Shown: positions 60,043 to 64,000 of the stretch, one piece after another
How the letters are laid out: each line of letters begins with the position of its first letter
How positions within the stretch are numbered: the first letter of the stretch is position 1
NCBI GenBank assembly: GCA_040387795.1
Contig: JAZKDC010000003.1
Span: forward strand, 97,033-161,032
Source: Verrucomicrobiota bacterium
GTDB taxonomy: Bacteria > Verrucomicrobiota > Verrucomicrobiia > Verrucomicrobiales > V1-33
DNA: 64,000 bases
Reading direction: 5' to 3'
Program-made: the position numbers and the translations under genes
The notes under the pieces: generated by a model
What the model saw: the letters and a program-made list of their open reading frames with translations, nothing else
Database searches by the model: none
What the model was told of the DNA's origin: nothing

Positions 60043-60650
60043 AGGGCGGTCCTCCGGGAGAGAGTTTCGAGGGCGTCGGCGGTGACGATGATCTTGCGGT
60101 AGTTGAGGAGATGCTCAGTGTTGACCTCGTTGGCGGTCATGAGCAGGGCACCGGCGTAGTTGCGCCCAGCGAGGTAGGTTTGCTCATCGAACGCGGCGGC
60201 AATCACGATGACTTTCGGGGAAACCACGATGCTGTTGAGCAGCGCGGCGAAGGATTTGGTCTTGCCATCGGCAACTGAGAAGCCGGGGATGGTCAGGACG
60301 TCCTGCATTTTGATGCGCTCGGAGAGGGCTTTCTTGAAGGCAATCTTCTTGTCCTTCTTGGAGACCTTCTTGGAGTAATCGCGGGGCTTTGGTCCGTGGG
60401 CGACACCACCACCGACGCGGGTCGGGGAGCGGCGTTCACCGGCACGGGCATTGCCGGTGCCTTTTTGGCGGTAGAGCTTTTTGTTGGAACCACGGACTTC
60501 GCCGCGGGTCTTGGTGCAGGCGGTGCCGCTGCGGCGGTTGGCCCGCATGGCGACGACGACGTCGTGAACCGTTTGCGTATAGCGTCCGTTTTCGACCACG
60601 CTGATGTTAGCGGCCTTGGCGGATTCGAGAGTGAGCACTGAAGATGCCAT
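60039..60650 (-). CDS. rplD: 50S ribosomal protein L4
   Basis: [21 protein letters not shown]. Confidence 0.97.
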   Translation of the reverse strand: MASSVLTLESAKAANISVVENGRYTQTVHDVVVAMRANRRSGTACTKTRGEVRGSNKKLYRQKGTGNARAGERRSPTRVGGGVAHGPKPRDYSKKVSKKDKKIAFKKALSERIKMQDVLTIPGFSVADGKTKSFAALLNSIVVSPKVIVIAAAFDEQTYLAGRNYAGALLMTANEVNTEHLLNYRKIIVTADALETLSRRTAL

Positions 60651-60681
60651 AAAGATAGTCCTTTCCTTGGATCAAATGGGG

Positions 60682-61329
60682 TTACTTGGCCTCGGGAGCG
60701 GGGCGCTTTTTGGCGGGGCGGATGATGACAAGGCTTTCCTTGGCACCGGGGATGCTGCCGGAGATGAAGATGATATTGTCCTCGGGGCGGCTGCCCACGA
60801 TTTGCAGATTCTGCGTGGTGCGGCGGTCAACCCCCATGTGGCCGGGCATTTTCTGGTTTTTCCAGACGCGGCCGGGTGTGAGGCGGCAACCGATGGCACC
60901 CGTCCGGCGGTGCATCATGGAACCGTGGGTCATGCGGAGACCACCGAAGTGGTAGCGCTTGACGACGCCGGCGAAGCCTTTGCCCTTGGTGGTGCCGATG
61001 ACATCAACCCATTGGCCGGTGGCGAAGTGGGTGGTGTCCAGCTTGGTGCCGACTTCGGGAGCGGAACCGGCTTCGACACGGAATTCACGGGCGTGATATT
61101 TCGGGGCGGAACCAGCCTTTTTGAAGTGACCGATTTCTGGTTTGGTGGAACGGCTCTCCCGCTTGTCAATAAATCCGATCTGGACAGCGGAATAGCCGTC
61201 TGTTTCGGTGTTCTTGACTTGGGTGACTTCGTTCTGACTCACGTCAACGACGGTCACGGCGACGGCTTTGCCTTTGTCGTCGTAGATGTGGGTCATGCCC
61301 AATTTTTTGCCTAAAAGTCCGAGGCTCAT
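60682..61329 (-). CDS. rplC: 50S ribosomal protein L3
   Basis: GKKLGMT, KGKGFAG, KMPGHMG. Confidence 0.97.
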   Translation of the reverse strand: MSLGLLGKKLGMTHIYDDKGKAVAVTVVDVSQNEVTQVKNTETDGYSAVQIGFIDKRESRSTKPEIGHFKKAGSAPKYHAREFRVEAGSAPEVGTKLDTTHFATGQWVDVIGTTKGKGFAGVVKRYHFGGLRMTHGSMMHRRTGAIGCRLTPGRVWKNQKMPGHMGVDRRTTQNLQIVGSRPEDNIIFISGSIPGAKESLVIIRPAKKRPAPEAK

Positions 61330-61372
61330 GGTGATTACTCAGTTGGTGACAGCGCAGTGATGCGAGTCGGGT

Positions 61373-61681
61373 TTAAATCTTGATGGAAATATCGACACCG
61401 GCGGGGAGATTGAGCTTCTTCAGCTCATCCACGGTGCGGGCGGTGGGATCGACGATGTCGAGAAGCCGCTTGTGAGTGCGGATTTCGAACTGCTCGGCGG
61501 ACTTCTTGTCAACGTGGACGGAACGGTTCACGGAGAACTTTTCGATCCGGGTCGGGAGAGGCACGGGGCCGGCGACGCGGGCTCCGGTGCGTTTGGCGGT
61601 GTCCACGATCTCGGTCACGCTGCGATCGAGAGTGCGGAAATCATAGGCCCGGAGGCGGATGCGGATGCGCTGGTTTTGCAT
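61373..61681 (-). CDS. rpsJ: 30S ribosomal protein S10
   Basis: [17 protein letters not shown]. Confidence 0.98.
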   Translation of the reverse strand: MQNQRIRIRLRAYDFRTLDRSVTEIVDTAKRTGARVAGPVPLPTRIEKFSVNRSVHVDKKSAEQFEIRTHKRLLDIVDPTARTVDELKKLNLPAGVDISIKI

Positions 61682-61708
61682 GGGAATGGAGATAAAAGAA
61701 CTAAAGGA

Positions 61709-63877
61709 TTACTGGCCACCGCGGCGGTTGCCGCCCCCGCGGGCTTCGACGACCTGCTCGACGATGTTGTTGGGCACCGGTTCGAAATGGCTGGGCTGCA
61801 TGCTGTAGGAAGCACGGCCGGAGGAAAGAGTCCGGATGGCGGTCGAATAACCGAACATTTCGGAAAGCGGCACTTCGGCATTTACGATGGAGGCGTTCTG
61901 ACGGCTTTCCATGCTGTTGATGCGTCCGCGGCGGCGGCTCAAGTCACCCATGATGTCTCCCTGGTATTCGTCAGGGGTGGTGCATTCGACCCCCATGATC
62001 GGCTCGAGGAGCTGGCACTTGGCTTTCTTGAAGGCGTCCTTCATGGCGAAGATCGCCGCCATCTTGAAGGCGTTTTCGTTGGAGTCCACGTCGTGGAAGG
62101 AACCGTCGATCAATTCGATGTGGAGATCGACCACTGGATAACCAGCGATGATGCCGTTGGTGGTGGCTTCCAGGATGCCATCCATGGAAGGCTTGATGTA
62201 TTCCTTGGGAATGGAACCGCCGACGATCTTGTTTTCGGTGGTGATGCCCTTGCCGCGTTCGGAAGGATACATTTTGAGAACCACGTGGCCGTATTGACCG
62301 CGACCGCCTGACTGCTTGACCAGCTTGCCTTCACCATCGGCGGGGACGGTGGTGCACTCGCGGTAGGCGATCTGGGGTTTGCCGGAATCCACTTCCACCT
62401 TGAATTCGCGGAGCATGCGGTCCCGGATAATCTCGAGGTGCAGCTCACCCATGCCGGCGATGATGGTCTGGCCGGTTTCTTCATCTGTGCGGACGACGAA
62501 GGTCGGATCCTCATCGGAGAGGCGCTGGAGGGCGACAGCCATTTTTTCCTGGTCCGCTTTGGTCCGGGGCTCGATGGACATCGAGATCACGGGATCCGGG
62601 AAGGTCGGGGGCTCGAGGAGAATTTCGGCACTCTCGTCGCAAAGGGTATCGCCGGTGCGAAGTTCCTTGAGCCCGACGATGGCGGCAATGTCACCGGAAT
62701 AACACGTTTCGATATCCGTGTGCTGATTGGCCTGAATCTGGATCAGACGGCCCACGCGCTCCCTCTTGCGGGTTCGGGGGTTGTAAATTTGGTCTCCCTT
62801 GGAAACTTTGCCGCGGTAGACGCGGAAGAAAACCAGCTTGCCGACGAATTTGTCGGACCAGAGTTTGAAACCGAGACTGACGAACTTGCCGTTATCGTCC
62901 GGGGAAACTTCGATCTTCTTGTCGAGATCATCCGCGTCGTGACCGATCTGCGGCTGAATATCGAGGGGGTTGGGAAGGTAGTCGACAACAGCGTCGAGAA
63001 GAGCCTGCACCCCTTTGTTTTTAAAGGCGGAACCACCAGCAACCGGGACGATCTGGTTGGCGATGACGGCGCGGCGGAGAGCGCTTTTCACGTCTTTGAC
63101 CGTGATCGGCATTTCCTCGAGGAACATCATGCCGAGTTTTTCATCCACGTCGCAAAGGGCGGCGGTAAGATCGTCGTAGGCCGCATCGGCGATCATTTTT
63201 TGATCCTCGGTCAGAGGACCGTATTCGTAGGTGGAGCCGAGTTTCTCGGCATCCGAATACATGATGGATTGTTTGCCAATGACGTCGATCACTCCCTTGA
63301 GCTGATCTTCGGCGCCGATCGGGATCAGGATCGGGTGGGCGTTGGCTCCGAGTTTGGAACGGAGTTCACTGACAGCCTTGTTAAAGTCGGCACCGGTGCG
63401 GTCCATCTTATTGACGAAGGCCATCCGGGGGACGTTATACTTGGTGGCCTGGCGCCAGACCGTTTCGGACTGGGGCTGAACCCCGGCGACGCCGCAATAA
63501 ACCAGAATCACGCCATCGAGCACCCGGAGGGAGCGTTCCACTTCGGCCGTGAAATCGACGTGGCCCGGAGTGTCGATGATATTCACCCGCATCTCCTCGC
63601 CTTCAAACATTTTGAAGACACCGGGATTCGGGAGCTGCTTCCACTTGGTGGTCACCGCAGCGGAAGTGATCGTAATGCCGCGCTCTTTTTCCTGCTCCAT
63701 CCAGTCGGTCGTGGCTGCTCCGTCGTGCACTTCACCGATGCGGTGAATCATGCCGGTGTAGAACAGGATCCGCTCCGTCAACGTGGTCTTCCCCGCGTCA
63801 ATGTGCGCGGAGATCCCGATATTTCGGGTACGCTCCAGCGGATATTGGCGGTTGGGACTGTTACGGGGATCAGCCAT
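61709..63877 (-). CDS. fusA: Elongation factor G
   Basis: [41 protein letters not shown]. Confidence 0.98.
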   Translation of the reverse strand: MADPRNSPNRQYPLERTRNIGISAHIDAGKTTLTERILFYTGMIHRIGEVHDGAATTDWMEQEKERGITITSAAVTTKWKQLPNPGVFKMFEGEEMRVNIIDTPGHVDFTAEVERSLRVLDGVILVYCGVAGVQPQSETVWRQATKYNVPRMAFVNKMDRTGADFNKAVSELRSKLGANAHPILIPIGAEDQLKGVIDVIGKQSIMYSDAEKLGSTYEYGPLTEDQKMIADAAYDDLTAALCDVDEKLGMMFLEEMPITVKDVKSALRRAVIANQIVPVAGGSAFKNKGVQALLDAVVDYLPNPLDIQPQIGHDADDLDKKIEVSPDDNGKFVSLGFKLWSDKFVGKLVFFRVYRGKVSKGDQIYNPRTRKRERVGRLIQIQANQHTDIETCYSGDIAAIVGLKELRTGDTLCDESAEILLEPPTFPDPVISMSIEPRTKADQEKMAVALQRLSDEDPTFVVRTDEETGQTIIAGMGELHLEIIRDRMLREFKVEVDSGKPQIAYRECTTVPADGEGKLVKQSGGRGQYGHVVLKMYPSERGKGITTENKIVGGSIPKEYIKPSMDGILEATTNGIIAGYPVVDLHIELIDGSFHDVDSNENAFKMAAIFAMKDAFKKAKCQLLEPIMGVECTTPDEYQGDIMGDLSRRRGRINSMESRQNASIVNAEVPLSEMFGYSTAIRTLSSGRASYSMQPSHFEPVPNNIVEQVVEARGGGNRRGGQ

Positions 63878-63960
63878 GACGGGGACGGAGGGAGGAAGAA
63901 AGGTCTTCTAAGAGATGACGAAAAAAGGAGGCGGAACGGAAGCGACGAACTGGAAGCGGA

Positions 63961-64000
63961 CTACCAGCGGAAGTGGGCGAAGGCGCGGTTGGCCTGAGCC
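63961..64000 (-). CDS. rpsG: 30S ribosomal protein S7, 3' end only
   Basis: Minus strand reads AQANRAFAHFRW-stop, the conserved S7 C-terminus, directly upstream of fusA. Confidence 0.92.
   Translation of the reverse strand, partial: AQANRAFAHFRW

Overview
GC-rich bacterial chromosome segment, most likely Verrucomicrobia (PVC superphylum). The evidence is a PEP-CTERM protein, large LTD/CotH surface proteins, and an S10-spc cluster that lacks tuf, rpsN, rpmD and adk at their usual positions. The right end (49.4-64 kb, minus strand) is the core str-S10-spc ribosomal protein cluster running from the rpsG 3' end through fusA, rpsJ to rplO, secY and map. It contains a non-ribosomal secreted protein gene inserted between rpsS and rplV, and its SecY carries an extra C-terminal hydrophobic segment. 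The left and middle hold housekeeping genes (ptsI, accB-accC, pfkA, skp-lpxD, Lrp plus aminotransferase, several hydrolases) mixed with accessory genes. The best candidate for an undescribed system is a three-gene secreted cluster at 8.0-14.8 kb. All three products share one LamG-like domain: three copies in a surface protein, one in a PEP-CTERM protein, and one divergent copy at the N-terminus of a CotH-family kinase. Other notable items are a second giant CotH protein with an interrupted LTD domain, a low-GC stand-alone NACHT NTPase (possible NLR-like defence gene), a frameshifted GYF_2-DUF4190 gene, an ABC transporter with a degenerate ATPase, a 38-bp operator-like palindrome and a pair of tandem paralogous lipoproteins. 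No rRNA, tRNA, CRISPR array, integrase or transposase was recognised. All family assignments come from motif recognition by eye, not database searches.
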